A stretch of 64,000 nt of DNA from a virus: positions 32,001 to 96,000 of IMG/VR virus record IMGVR_UViG_3300018080_000122. One strand, given 5' to 3'. The translations under genes were made by a program, and so were the position numbers. Of the stretch, positions 1-8,801 are shown piece by piece; within the stretch, counting starts at the first letter, position 1, and each line of letters starts with the position of its first letter. A model generated the notes under the pieces. The model ran no database searches. It had not been told where the DNA came from and saw only the letters and a program-made list of their open reading frames with translations.

Positions 1-971
1 TAAATGAATCTTTCAGTGCTGCAGGTATTAGAAGACCAACCAAGGCAGGTATGGGGATTGGTTTCAGCTGCTAAATGAATCTTTCAGTGCTGCAGGGACC
101 AGAACTCTACTCAGGATTTATCGGCGTGGCCAAGTTTCAGCTGCTAAATGAATCTTTCAGTGCTGCAGGGCCTGCTCCTTGGCCTGCTGCTTGGCCACCT
201 TGGCGTTTCAGCTGCTAAATGAATCTTTCAGTGCTGCAGGGTGCTGGACACCTGCATCCGTCTCCCACTCGGCCAGTTTCAGCTGCTAAATGAATCTTTC
301 AGTGCTGCAGGTGCTAACCTTTCGGTCCAGCGGCCTATCAGCATGCTTCTTGTTTCAGCTGCTAAATGAATCTTTCAGTGCTGCAGGAGAGCCGCCTGGA
401 TGATGCCAGACGCTTCCCGCCACGCAGTTTCAGCTGCTAAATGAATCTTTCAGTGCTGCAGGTCTGTCGAACCTGTCGCCTAATCTACTGCCAGTTGCCT
501 TCGTTTCAGCTGCTAAATGAATCTTTCAGTGCTGCAGGTGGCTTGCCACAGCAAGCTCTCTACGATCTCTAGGCGTTTCAGCTGCTAAATGAATCTTTCA
601 GTGCTGCAGGAATCCCTGGTATTTCCTTCTTCTTAGCCATTCTCTAGTTTCAGCTGCTAAATGAATCTTTCAGTGCTGCAGGTTAAAACACCAATCTTAG
701 ACGCGTATGACAGGAGAGTTTCAGCTGCTAAATGAATCTTTTAGTGCTGCAGGCCGTTCCTCGAATCAAAGTATTTTCCAGGTGGCTGTTTCAGCTGCTA
801 AATGAATCTTTCAGTGCTGCAGGGGATTCTTCCTGGAGTAGACTCTGGCCGTGGCGTTCACTGTTTCAGCTGCTAAATGAATCTTTCAGTGCTGCAGGTG
901 GCTACTCATCGTCTGCCTGCCCCGCTTTCTTCTTCGTTTCAGCTGCTAAATGAATCTTTCAGTGCTGCCGG
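1..971. CRISPR. CRISPR array, repeat GTTTCAGCTGCTAAATGAATCTTTCAGTGCTGCAGG (36 bp), truncated by the window start
   Basis: One partial repeat (1-25) and 13 full repeats at 61, 134, 205, 276, 352, 427, 503, 575, 647, 718, 788, 863 and 936, separated by 13 unique 34-40 bp spacers. Repeats at 718 (C>T) and 936 (ends GCCGG) are single-base variants. Orientation is ambiguous; the minus-strand repeat ends in TGAAAC. Confidence 0.99.
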
Positions 972-1007
972 GATTAACGCTGTTTACCAACGCTGAAAAA
1001 GTTTACG

Positions 1008-1038
1008 CTGCTAGACTCATCTAGCAGATGGAAAGGAG
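1008..1038. promoter_or_regulatory. Hairpin/anti-repeat element overlapping the effector RBS (candidate tracr-like or leader-repeat element)
   Basis: Perfect stem CTGCTAGA-CTCA-TCTAGCAG at 1008-1027. Bases 1013-1034 match the reverse complement of the repeat at 17/22 positions. RBS AAGGAG at 1033-1038. Confidence 0.55.
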
Positions 1039-1044
1039 TTTCTA

Positions 1045-2577
1045 ATGGATAAAAGCAAGAGAATACTAGCTGTTTTACGTGCTGATTTGGGTCTGCCTAC
1101 ACTTAATAAAGATAAGAGGCAGGAGTGGGCCGCCAAAAGCACGACGTCCGCAAAGCGCCTACTACAGCAGTCTGACGAGTTTGAACTCATACGGGAACGT
1201 CTGGCCATACTGCGCAACCTCTCCCATCGTGTGCACAACAAAGCAATGACTAGCATTTACTTCACCAAAAAGACTAATTATCTAAAATCCAAGAAAGGTG
1301 AATCTGGAGTAAACGCGCAGTCCCAAGCCTATAGAGATGTGCTGAACGATAATGACGATCCTTTAGCGTCACATCTCAAAGATCAAGGCGTCCCAACAGG
1401 ATTTATAACGACTACAATAAATTTTGTCTCGCAGTGTTACAACAAAACCAAGGAAAAGCAGGTCAACATGGGCGACCAATCTCTACCATCATGGAAGTAC
1501 CCCAGCCCTGTAAGTTTTGCACGAGCGCTGTGGCGTGTAGAGAAGATGGATTATGTAACTATGGACGGTACCGTCAAGAAAGTCGACGCCATACGAGTGC
1601 CTTTGTGGAGCAGAGACGCAGCTAAAGACGCCGGGAGGAAAGGCACTAGTAAATGCTCAGCGTGTATCCCCATATTCCCTCCAACCAAGAACAAAAACGG
1701 TAAGAAGATAGCCCACAACGATTATTGGTGGGCAAGGTTCAAAAAGCTGCTAGATAACGCCAGCGCACAAGGTGGCCTCAAAATAATCTGGGACAAAAAG
1801 AAGAAAAAATGGTGCGCCCTCATATCTGTGTATGAGGACAAAGCAGAGCCGTCCACAAAAAACAAAATCCTTGGAGTAGACATCGGAATCACTAACCCGG
1901 TCGTGTGTGCCGTTGGCCACGGTTGGGGAGTTAAGTTCATAGGGAGCAAGCGAGAAATGCTTAGAAAGAAAGGGTATTTCAAAAATAAAATTAGGGAGTG
2001 CGGCCGCTCCAGCAAGGGCAGAAAGTGGGTTCCTGGTAATGGTGGTCGGGGGTTCAAACGGCGCAACAAAAAAATGATGCAAATACAGAACGCGGCGGCC
2101 AGATACTGTAACACCAAGTGCCAACAATATGCCGCTAAGGTGGTCAAGATGTGCAAGAATTTGGGATGCGGCATCATAGCCATCGAGAAATTCAGAAAAT
2201 CTCCTGTTAAACAAGCCCAGGAGAAGTCCGCCAATGACAGGGGATACGTTGAGAAGAAAGTGCTAATGTGGCGCCCATATCTGATGCATATGGCCATTAT
2301 CAATGCAGCTACTCGCGCAGGTATACAAGTTATTCAGGTAGACGCTGGGTACACATCACAGAGATGCGCGCAATGCGGATGCATACTTAAGGCTAACAGG
2401 GACGTCAATAATGCCCAAGAGTTTTGTTGCCAGAAATGTGGGCATAAAGAAAATGCAGACGTCAATGCTGCCCGTAACGTGGCGCAGCAAGCCGCAGGGG
2501 AGTGGAAGGCCCCCAAAAAGATCAAAACCAAATCCAACGCAAAAAACAAAATCAAGGCCAATAAAAAGATAGGGTAA
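1045..2577 (+). CDS. Compact type V CRISPR effector, Cas12f/TnpB-like RNA-guided nuclease (510 aa)
   Basis: RuvC-I ILGVDIG, RuvC-II IIAIEK, YTSQRCAQCG...CQKCG zinc finger and RuvC-III NADVNAARN; D/E/D triad intact. Starts 73 bp from the array with a strong RBS. Confidence 0.9.
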   Translation: MDKSKRILAVLRADLGLPTLNKDKRQEWAAKSTTSAKRLLQQSDEFELIRERLAILRNLSHRVHNKAMTSIYFTKKTNYLKSKKGESGVNAQSQAYRDVLNDNDDPLASHLKDQGVPTGFITTTINFVSQCYNKTKEKQVNMGDQSLPSWKYPSPVSFARALWRVEKMDYVTMDGTVKKVDAIRVPLWSRDAAKDAGRKGTSKCSACIPIFPPTKNKNGKKIAHNDYWWARFKKLLDNASAQGGLKIIWDKKKKKWCALISVYEDKAEPSTKNKILGVDIGITNPVVCAVGHGWGVKFIGSKREMLRKKGYFKNKIRECGRSSKGRKWVPGNGGRGFKRRNKKMMQIQNAAARYCNTKCQQYAAKVVKMCKNLGCGIIAIEKFRKSPVKQAQEKSANDRGYVEKKVLMWRPYLMHMAIINAATRAGIQVIQVDAGYTSQRCAQCGCILKANRDVNNAQEFCCQKCGHKENADVNAARNVAQQAAGEWKAPKKIKTKSNAKNKIKANKKIG

Positions 2578-2594
2578 TAACGAAAAAAGACTAG

Positions 2595-2618
2595 CAAAAC
2601 GTGTAGTCCTGTTATAAT
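2595..2618 (+). promoter_or_regulatory. Extended -10 sigma70-type promoter
   Basis: CAAAACG-N8-TGTTATAAT in an intergenic gap; the same spacing occurs at 11644-11667. Confidence 0.55.
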
Positions 2619-2860
2619 GTATAGAGCGAACAGGAACCGCAACCAGATGGAGTATTTCAGATCCCAAACCATGTTCAGGTGCACGGATCGTGTGAACTGC
2701 AACCACCGGCGGCAGGTATTCGGTCAAGGTTTGTGGGCGCAAGAGCAGGATAGGCCATGAGGCTCCAGTTCAGCAGACAGGTGGCTCCGCGAGTATTCGT
2801 TGCCGTTGGATGGCTGGCCGTGATGTGGTGGGGATGGGATAACGGCAGACTAGAGATCAG

Positions 2861-3085
2861 GTGGGATTGGAGATGAGCATCTTGCACGATACATCCGTTG
2901 ACTACTACGGCATTTTCGATAAGGCGTCCGCCGCTGATGACATCAACATGGTCGTGGTGGATGTCAGCCTCGATCCAGCGGACGGTCAGTGGCATATCCT
3001 CGTAAGGTCAGACGATCTGGATGTGAGCCGAGCGCGTCGTAGGTGGGAGACTGCTATCGAGAAGCGCAGGATGGAGAAGTCATGA
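2861..3085 (+). CDS. hypothetical protein
   Basis: ORF in a tightly packed plus-strand run; its stop overlaps the next start (ATGA). Confidence 0.55.
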   Translation: MGLEMSILHDTSVDYYGIFDKASAADDINMVVVDVSLDPADGQWHILVRSDDLDVSRARRRWETAIEKRRMEKS

Positions 3086-3486
3086 GCGAACCTCATCAAG
3101 TCAGCGAGCCGGAACCAAATCCTCTCAGCCTCTACCGCGAGAACCAACGCCTTCGTGCAATGATTGCACATATGAAAGACGGCGGATGCCATGCTGCGCA
3201 TCCGGGCGAAATCACCTACGAATGCTCCCTACACATTCCTGGCGGCAAATGTTGGGCGTGTAGAGCACGTGCCGCGATGGAGCCTGAAACAGACAACGAT
3301 TCTCTGCGCCGTGCGATTCGCTTGGTGATTGATGCTGCCGAGACGCTAAGTAGCGCGGCGGGCTACGAGCCCGATGGTGAAGGTGGAATGGACCATCGTG
3401 GTATGTGTCAGCAAGAACTGGATGCTGTAGAGCGCGTGAAGAGATGGCTTGGGCCGAGGCCGATCACACCCGAACTAAGGGACTAG
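3082..3486 (+). CDS. hypothetical protein (Cys/His cluster)
   Basis: ATG at 3082 after a GGAG RBS; contains C..H..C..H..CxxC. Confidence 0.6.
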   Translation: MSEPHQVSEPEPNPLSLYRENQRLRAMIAHMKDGGCHAAHPGEITYECSLHIPGGKCWACRARAAMEPETDNDSLRRAIRLVIDAAETLSSAAGYEPDGEGGMDHRGMCQQELDAVERVKRWLGPRPITPELRD

Positions 3487-3526
3487 TCCTAGAGTGCATC
3501 GATCTACTGGACGCGAGGAATCTGAA

Positions 3527-3733
3527 ATGAGACTGAGCGACAAGAATAGGGAGATCCGTCGAGAGTTCGACCTGGGTAAGCGGTTGGTGATCCGATGCGC
3601 TGATTGCCGTCGCGTAGTCGCGAGCACCCCCTGGGTAGTGCCTACATGGTCTTCGCCTAAAGAAGAAGTCTACGCTTTGTGCGGCTGGTGTAGGAAGCGC
3701 AAGGGGTCAGCCGATGAATCACCGCCTGAATAA
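3527..3733 (+). CDS. small zinc-ribbon protein
   Basis: CADC...CGWC motif pair; GAGG RBS. Confidence 0.55.
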   Translation: MRLSDKNREIRREFDLGKRLVIRCADCRRVVASTPWVVPTWSSPKEEVYALCGWCRKRKGSADESPPE

Positions 3734-3980
3734 ACTCGCTGAAGCACTCTGCATAACGCCGACAAACAACCTGCGTCTCGAACTGTCGCATGTCGGTGGA
3801 AAGCGGGCGTGGTGGCTCTGTGGCTGCAAAGAAGGCGATCAGGCTCTTCCACAGACCGGCAACGCCGAGACAGCCGAGGAAGCCCTGGGGAATGCCGAGA
3901 GATGGCTCGCGCCGGAACTGGATCGTCTGGATTGGGAAGATCGAGAAGCAAAACGGCTGATGTACGAGGGAGAGGAGTGA
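3714..3980 (+). CDS. hypothetical protein
   Basis: ORF overlapping neighbours in operon-like packing. Confidence 0.55.
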   Translation: MNHRLNKLAEALCITPTNNLRLELSHVGGKRAWWLCGCKEGDQALPQTGNAETAEEALGNAERWLAPELDRLDWEDREAKRLMYEGEE

Positions 3981-4360
3981 TGATGAATCTAAACGATGTA
4001 GAGATGGATGATCTGACCCCGTTTAAGCGACCTGTCTGTAGATGGGCAGTTCATCCTGTCATCGACGACGATAAAGTAATCGGTCATGAAGTCCTGCTGC
4101 GGCTCGGATTCCACAAACAATATATTCCGATCACCGAAGACCAAGCCAAAACCCTGAAGGCGATGCATCTAGATGCTTATGGAGCCCAGTGTGCGGCTGA
4201 GTTGGCCAAGAATCCCGTCATGCCGTCCGACGAGAAAGAAATACTTGCTGCCGCTGAGAATTACGAAGCGACAGTGGAGCAGGCTATGGACGACGCAGAA
4301 CGCATGTTGCCGCCGCTTATTGAAGATCTGATGGCTTGTGAGCAGCAGAAGATACGGTAA
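3980..4360 (+). CDS. hypothetical protein
   Basis: GAGGAG RBS followed by ATG; acidic ORF; start trimmed from the 3809 call. Confidence 0.6.
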   Translation: MMNLNDVEMDDLTPFKRPVCRWAVHPVIDDDKVIGHEVLLRLGFHKQYIPITEDQAKTLKAMHLDAYGAQCAAELAKNPVMPSDEKEILAAAENYEATVEQAMDDAERMLPPLIEDLMACEQQKIR

Positions 4361-4363
4361 AAT

Positions 4364-4732
4364 ATGTCACTCAAATGTATAGTCTGTAGCAAAAACATGG
4401 AGTTAGCCACTTTGCCCAACACTAGGCGCGGGCTCGTTCCAGTGCTGGACGGCGTAGTGTGCTACACAAGCGGGTCGTTCGGCTCCAACGTGTTTGAAGA
4501 ACTGAACATCGGCAAGTACACCAGAAAACTGCTGCAGTTTGTTATATGCGACGACTGCCTGAAGAAGAACGCGGACAACATCTTCTTCGTGAAAGAAGTG
4601 ACCACTAAGTCTGTAGTGGACTACATGACTTTAGAGGATTACTGCGCCAGGGAACAGCAGAACCTGAAAGACATGTACAGTAAGCTCGTGTTCAAATCCA
4701 CAGAGAAGAGGAACAAAGATGAAAATACGTAA
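4364..4732 (+). CDS. zinc-finger-containing hypothetical protein
   Basis: CIVC...CDDC motif pair. Confidence 0.65.
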   Translation: MSLKCIVCSKNMELATLPNTRRGLVPVLDGVVCYTSGSFGSNVFEELNIGKYTRKLLQFVICDDCLKKNADNIFFVKEVTTKSVVDYMTLEDYCAREQQNLKDMYSKLVFKSTEKRNKDENT

Positions 4733-5210
4733 CGGATTTGTATCTAATTCTAGCAGCTCAAGTTTTGTGGTGGGGTTTAACCCCGTCCCAGAAACCAAAG
4801 AAGAGTTGAAAGAAATGCTCTGGGGTGACCTAGAAGCCTTGGGAGCCTACGACTACGGCATCACCACCGAAAGGGCAGCTGATATTGTCTGGCAAGACTT
4901 GCAAGAGCAAGAAGGTCCTCTGACTCGTGAAGAGATCATTGCGATGATTTCACAGGACTACATGCCAGAACTAGACGGGCACAAATGGTGGAGCATCACA
5001 GATCTCAAAGAACAAGAAAAGGCCCGCGAGAAATACTACAATAAGAAGATAGAGCGCGCCACAGAATTGGCCAAAGAGATGTTCGAGAAAGCTGGCGAAG
5101 GCACCAAGTTCTTCCAGTTTCGTTACCACGATGATACTTCAAACGGAACTGTGCTCGAACATGGGGACGTCTTCAGGAACGTGCCCAGCTACAGAATAAA
5201 CGAACACTAA
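4719..5210 (+). CDS. GFVSNSSSSSF-motif protein 1 (class A)
   Basis: N-terminus MKIRNGFVSNSSSSSFVVGF. Confidence 0.85.
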   Translation: MKIRNGFVSNSSSSSFVVGFNPVPETKEELKEMLWGDLEALGAYDYGITTERAADIVWQDLQEQEGPLTREEIIAMISQDYMPELDGHKWWSITDLKEQEKAREKYYNKKIERATELAKEMFEKAGEGTKFFQFRYHDDTSNGTVLEHGDVFRNVPSYRINEH

Positions 5211-5219
5211 GGATGAAAA

Positions 5220-5585
5220 ATGAAGATACGAAACGGTTTTGTGTCCAACTCCAGCAGTTCCAGCTTCGTGCTCATCGTCCATCCCAATGATCACAAAAAA
5301 GCTATGGAACAATTCTCAGGACATGAATCTAAGTTCCTGAATGCCTTGGTCTCCTGGCGTAAAGTCCTTGGTGAGTGGGCACGTGTGTTTTCTGGCGAGT
5401 TCAGCACGGAGAACGCGTGTATTGATATAAATAAATTATTCATGATGTGGGAGGGGGATTTCTACAAAAAGCACCCAGAATTCCAGATGTGCTTCGATGA
5501 AATGCGCACGTGCTTCCAAAATTACAGACGGTACGTGACCAAGATCGCCAAATTCAAACCGTTCTATGACGAGAAAGATTACTAG
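5220..5585 (+). CDS. GFVSNSSSSSF-motif protein 2 (class B)
   Basis: N-terminus MKIRNGFVSNSSSSSFVLIV. Confidence 0.85.
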   Translation: MKIRNGFVSNSSSSSFVLIVHPNDHKKAMEQFSGHESKFLNALVSWRKVLGEWARVFSGEFSTENACIDINKLFMMWEGDFYKKHPEFQMCFDEMRTCFQNYRRYVTKIAKFKPFYDEKDY

Positions 5586-5594
5586 GAGATAGAC

Positions 5595-5990
5595 ATGAAG
5601 ACCAGAGACGGGTTCGTATCCAATTCCAGCAGCACCAGCTTCACTGTAGGTTTCAATGGCAAACCTCCAAACAAAAAAGAAATACTAGAAATGTTTGGAG
5701 TTGAGGAGCATTCCCCACTTCGGAGTTTGGCCTGGGAGCTGTCAGACTTCTTCGCGAAACGAATCCGTGATCTGGAGAAACACGAAACGGATTCGAAAGA
5801 CGATTGGGAAAGGGAGTGCGCCGAACGCGACACGAGGCTGTTCAAAGAAGTTGGCCTGACATATCAAGGTTTCTTCAGATGTGAGCGTGATTTCGCGGAG
5901 TGCAATCAGCCCATGGCTGGGTGGGCTATTCCCTGGATAAAGAACGAAAAGCTTTATATTGTCAACCATGAACGGGGAGACATGAGATAG
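5595..5990 (+). CDS. GFVSNSSSSSF-motif protein 3 (class A)
   Basis: N-terminus MKTRDGFVSNSSSTSFTVGF; AGGAG RBS. Confidence 0.85.
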   Translation: MKTRDGFVSNSSSTSFTVGFNGKPPNKKEILEMFGVEEHSPLRSLAWELSDFFAKRIRDLEKHETDSKDDWERECAERDTRLFKEVGLTYQGFFRCERDFAECNQPMAGWAIPWIKNEKLYIVNHERGDMR

Positions 5991-6190
5991 TGCGCTACCG
6001 TGTACGATCATACAGTCATCCCAGTTATGAGGATCTCCCTCACGAAGTCATGATACTTCGCGGGGCCGAAGCCAAGGACCTGTCATTGGTTGTCCCGGTC
6101 ATGTTTGGTATGGGAGCCAAGAAAATCATAATTGAAGACGAAGATGAGTGGCTGGCCGCAGAGAAAAAGGCAGCGGAGGATTGTACATGA
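5990..6190 (+). CDS. hypothetical protein
   Basis: 66-aa ORF filling the gap, with overlapping start and stop. Confidence 0.55.
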   Translation: MRYRVRSYSHPSYEDLPHEVMILRGAEAKDLSLVVPVMFGMGAKKIIIEDEDEWLAAEKKAAEDCT

Positions 6191-6864
6191 AAGTCAGGAA
6201 TGGTTTTGTGAGTAATTCCAGTTCTTCCAGCTTTATAGCGCAGAAGATATATCTGTCCTACATGCATCTTAAAGCCATCAGAGAGCACGGCATTCTCCTC
6301 AAAGACATCTCGCCAACCGACCCTTGGGGTTTTGGTATTGTCTATCCAGATGACTTAGAGCACGACCGCGCCTCAGAAACACCTATAAGTCAGAAGCAGC
6401 TTAGAGAGTGGCACGATCTTCGCTACGCTGATGACGCTTGGATTATTGATGAGACGGATTCCCATATTGCTGGCGCTACCATCATGGATAATTTCAGTTT
6501 CAAATGGTTCCTGCGCGCCATCGGCGTACCAGAAATAGCCTTCATGTGCTTCGAGAATGAGCATTTTGATTGTTGTCACCGTGTCGTTGAAGATATGCTG
6601 ACCAATAGATGTGGGTATAAACAACAAGCGTATCGTTACGACAAGTGGGCAGAAGTGGCCAGCGCAACCGTTTTTGTAGATCCCGAACCCGATGAAGAAG
6701 ATCTTATAGCAGCAATACGTGACGCGATCTACCCTCTTGGAAAAACAATAACAGGCATCAGGAAAGAAATCAAAAGCAAAACGGTTGCGCCATTTAGGAT
6801 TTCGATTATGACTGAAGAGTGGCTCATTAAAAGAAGGGAGGCAATAGATGGGGCTAAGTCATAA
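6187..6864 (+). CDS. GFVSNSSSSSF-motif protein 4 (class C)
   Basis: ATG at 6187 after GGAGGA; N-terminus MKVRNGFVSNSSSSSFIA. Confidence 0.85.
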   Translation: MKVRNGFVSNSSSSSFIAQKIYLSYMHLKAIREHGILLKDISPTDPWGFGIVYPDDLEHDRASETPISQKQLREWHDLRYADDAWIIDETDSHIAGATIMDNFSFKWFLRAIGVPEIAFMCFENEHFDCCHRVVEDMLTNRCGYKQQAYRYDKWAEVASATVFVDPEPDEEDLIAAIRDAIYPLGKTITGIRKEIKSKTVAPFRISIMTEEWLIKRREAIDGAKS

Positions 6865-7186
6865 TATTTATGTCGGCCCGTATCTGCAAATCAAAGGCGC
6901 AGATGATTTGTGGGAAATCCTAGAAGACCTGGGCGAGCGTTTAAGCATCTTCAATCAAGAGTACGGACCCGACGACTATGATTTGGTAACTCCCAACGTG
7001 GATTGGGGAGTTGGTCGGGAGACCTACCTGGACAGGAATTGGTGTGGCGAGATGTTGATGAGCGGCGCCCGCATCGGTAAAGAGAAAGAAGAATTTGCCA
7101 GGTTTTTCTTTACAGACATCTTGAATCTTCAAAACCGATGCGGCAGTGTGATCTTGGAGTGGGGCATTCTAGGAGAGATAATCTAA
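6848..7186 (+). CDS. hypothetical protein
   Basis: GGAGG RBS; acidic 112-aa ORF. Confidence 0.65.
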   Translation: MGLSHNIYVGPYLQIKGADDLWEILEDLGERLSIFNQEYGPDDYDLVTPNVDWGVGRETYLDRNWCGEMLMSGARIGKEKEEFARFFFTDILNLQNRCGSVILEWGILGEII

Positions 7187-7677
7187 TGAAGACCCGCCAC
7201 GGATTTGTTAGCAATTCGAGCAGCTCGTCGTACACGTGTGATCTCTGCGGTGTAGCGCGCGTCTCGTATAATGAAGGCCTAGACGGCACAGAGATGGTCT
7301 ATTGTGTTGGCTGCCACCATACCATATGCGAAGAACATCTTGCAGAACAAGATTTCGCAGGGTGGCTAGCTGAGCGCGAACACGCGCTTAAAAGAATAGG
7401 AGATGATATTACACTTGCACTTGAACAAGAAGAGTATGACTTGCTGGCGCGGCTGGCCAAGACCGCGTCTGACATAAAGCAGGACGTGAATAGCCCGCGC
7501 GATCCAAACACGGTGACGCCACAGTGGTGCCCCATATGCCAGATGGAGCGCCTACCGAATGTTCTGCTATTCCGGTACCTAACCAAAATTCAAAACACTC
7601 ACCTGGATATCATCCTTGGAGAGATCCAAGAAAGATTTTCTGACTATGAGTCTTTCATGAAGTTCATTGAAGGCTAG
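7186..7677 (+). CDS. GFVSNSSSSSF-motif protein 5 (class D, zinc-binding)
   Basis: TAATG overlap; MKTRHGFVSNSSSSSYTCDLCG, C..H..C..H and CPIC. Confidence 0.85.
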   Translation: MKTRHGFVSNSSSSSYTCDLCGVARVSYNEGLDGTEMVYCVGCHHTICEEHLAEQDFAGWLAEREHALKRIGDDITLALEQEEYDLLARLAKTASDIKQDVNSPRDPNTVTPQWCPICQMERLPNVLLFRYLTKIQNTHLDIILGEIQERFSDYESFMKFIEG

Positions 7678-7692
7678 ATAAAGGAGGTAAAA

Positions 7693-8187
7693 ATGAAGAT
7701 CCGGCATGGTTTTGTATCAAATTCCAGTAGTTCAAGTTTCGTGTGCGAAGTTTGCGGTCATTCAGAAGTGAGCTACGCAGACCCTGAAGACATGGTCTAC
7801 TGTGAAGATAAGGCCCACCTGTTCTGTAAAGAGCATTTGGTTGGAGTGGATTTAAACGACTGGATAGAAGAGCAGCGAAAAGAACTTCAGCGACTGAAAG
7901 AGAAGGTTGCCGAAGCGGTTGAAAATGATCTATACCATTTGGTGCAGTCTCTTACCAGGGAGATCAACCACATAAAAAATAAGATGGCAAGGGGGCGCCC
8001 AGAAAGTGAAAATGGCGACGGCCACGTCCCGTCGTCCCAGTGCCCACTATGCCAAATGACGGAATTCCATGACCGCATTCTACTCAACTATCTCATGAAG
8101 AAGCACAACACGGACAAGAAGACCATCACTGCAGCAATTCGAGGGCAATACAAAACTTACAAGGATGTTCAAGATTCTTTATCCTGA
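7693..8187 (+). CDS. GFVSNSSSSSF-motif protein 6 (class D, zinc-binding)
   Basis: AAGGAGG RBS; MKIRHGFVSNSSSSSFVCEVCG, HLFCKEH and CPLC. Confidence 0.85.
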   Translation: MKIRHGFVSNSSSSSFVCEVCGHSEVSYADPEDMVYCEDKAHLFCKEHLVGVDLNDWIEEQRKELQRLKEKVAEAVENDLYHLVQSLTREINHIKNKMARGRPESENGDGHVPSSQCPLCQMTEFHDRILLNYLMKKHNTDKKTITAAIRGQYKTYKDVQDSLS

Positions 8188-8202
8188 GCCAAGGAGATTT
8201 TT

Positions 8203-8787
8203 ATGAAAGTACGCTATGGTTTCGTTTCAAATTCCAGCAGTTCATCCTTTACATGTGATGTGTGCGGCCACAATGCTTCTGGGTGGGACATGGATTGTGC
8301 TGAAGCGCAGATATTCCTATGTGAAAATGGCCACTCTATTTGCTACGAGCACGGGCTCATATCAGACAGGTTCAAAAAATACATGGTCGACCTGAAAGCC
8401 GGTATTGAAAAGGCCATAAAAGATGATGATTTCGAAAGCCTGGATAAGTACCGCTCTGACTGTGTCTACATTGAGAACCTTGCAGGGGCCACCGAGACGT
8501 TAGAAGAAATTCAGGATTTCCTGGAAGATCCAACAATGGCCAATATTCCTAAAATTGGGGATTATCGTGATGAGATGCTTTATGCCGCCCCCGCAGATGT
8601 ATGCCCTATATGCGCCATAAAGAACATCGACATCCATACTATGGCCAGATACCTCCTCCTGAAAACCGGGCAGACGGCGCGAGAAGTAGCTTCAGAGATG
8701 TGCGACGCCTTCGTATCTCACAAGAAAATGCACGAGAAGCTGCGTGAAGTGGATTTACCAAAACACACCGTGGAAGTAGTTAAGTAG
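8203..8787 (+). CDS. GFVSNSSSSSF-motif protein 7 (class D, zinc-binding)
   Basis: AAGGAG RBS; MKVRYGFVSNSSSSSFTCDVCG, HSICYEH and CPIC. Confidence 0.85.
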   Translation: MKVRYGFVSNSSSSSFTCDVCGHNASGWDMDCAEAQIFLCENGHSICYEHGLISDRFKKYMVDLKAGIEKAIKDDDFESLDKYRSDCVYIENLAGATETLEEIQDFLEDPTMANIPKIGDYRDEMLYAAPADVCPICAIKNIDIHTMARYLLLKTGQTAREVASEMCDAFVSHKKMHEKLREVDLPKHTVEVVK

Positions 8788-8801
8788 GAAGGAGACTAGC
8801 C

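Noticed and set aside
463-646. Possible self-targeting: spacer 7 shares AACCTGTCGCC with about 50748, and spacer 9 shares TTAGCCATT with about 38849
   Set aside because: Only 9-11 nt match and the flanks disagree, as expected by chance in 64 kb. An exhaustive search was not possible by eye.
732-953. 73-aa ORF inside the CRISPR array
   Set aside because: It is a translation of repeats and spacers (LFQLLNESFSAAG recurs) and has no RBS.
1045-2577. IS200/IS605 transposon TnpB
   Set aside because: No tnpA or recognisable IS ends, larger than typical TnpB, and directly adjacent to a CRISPR array.
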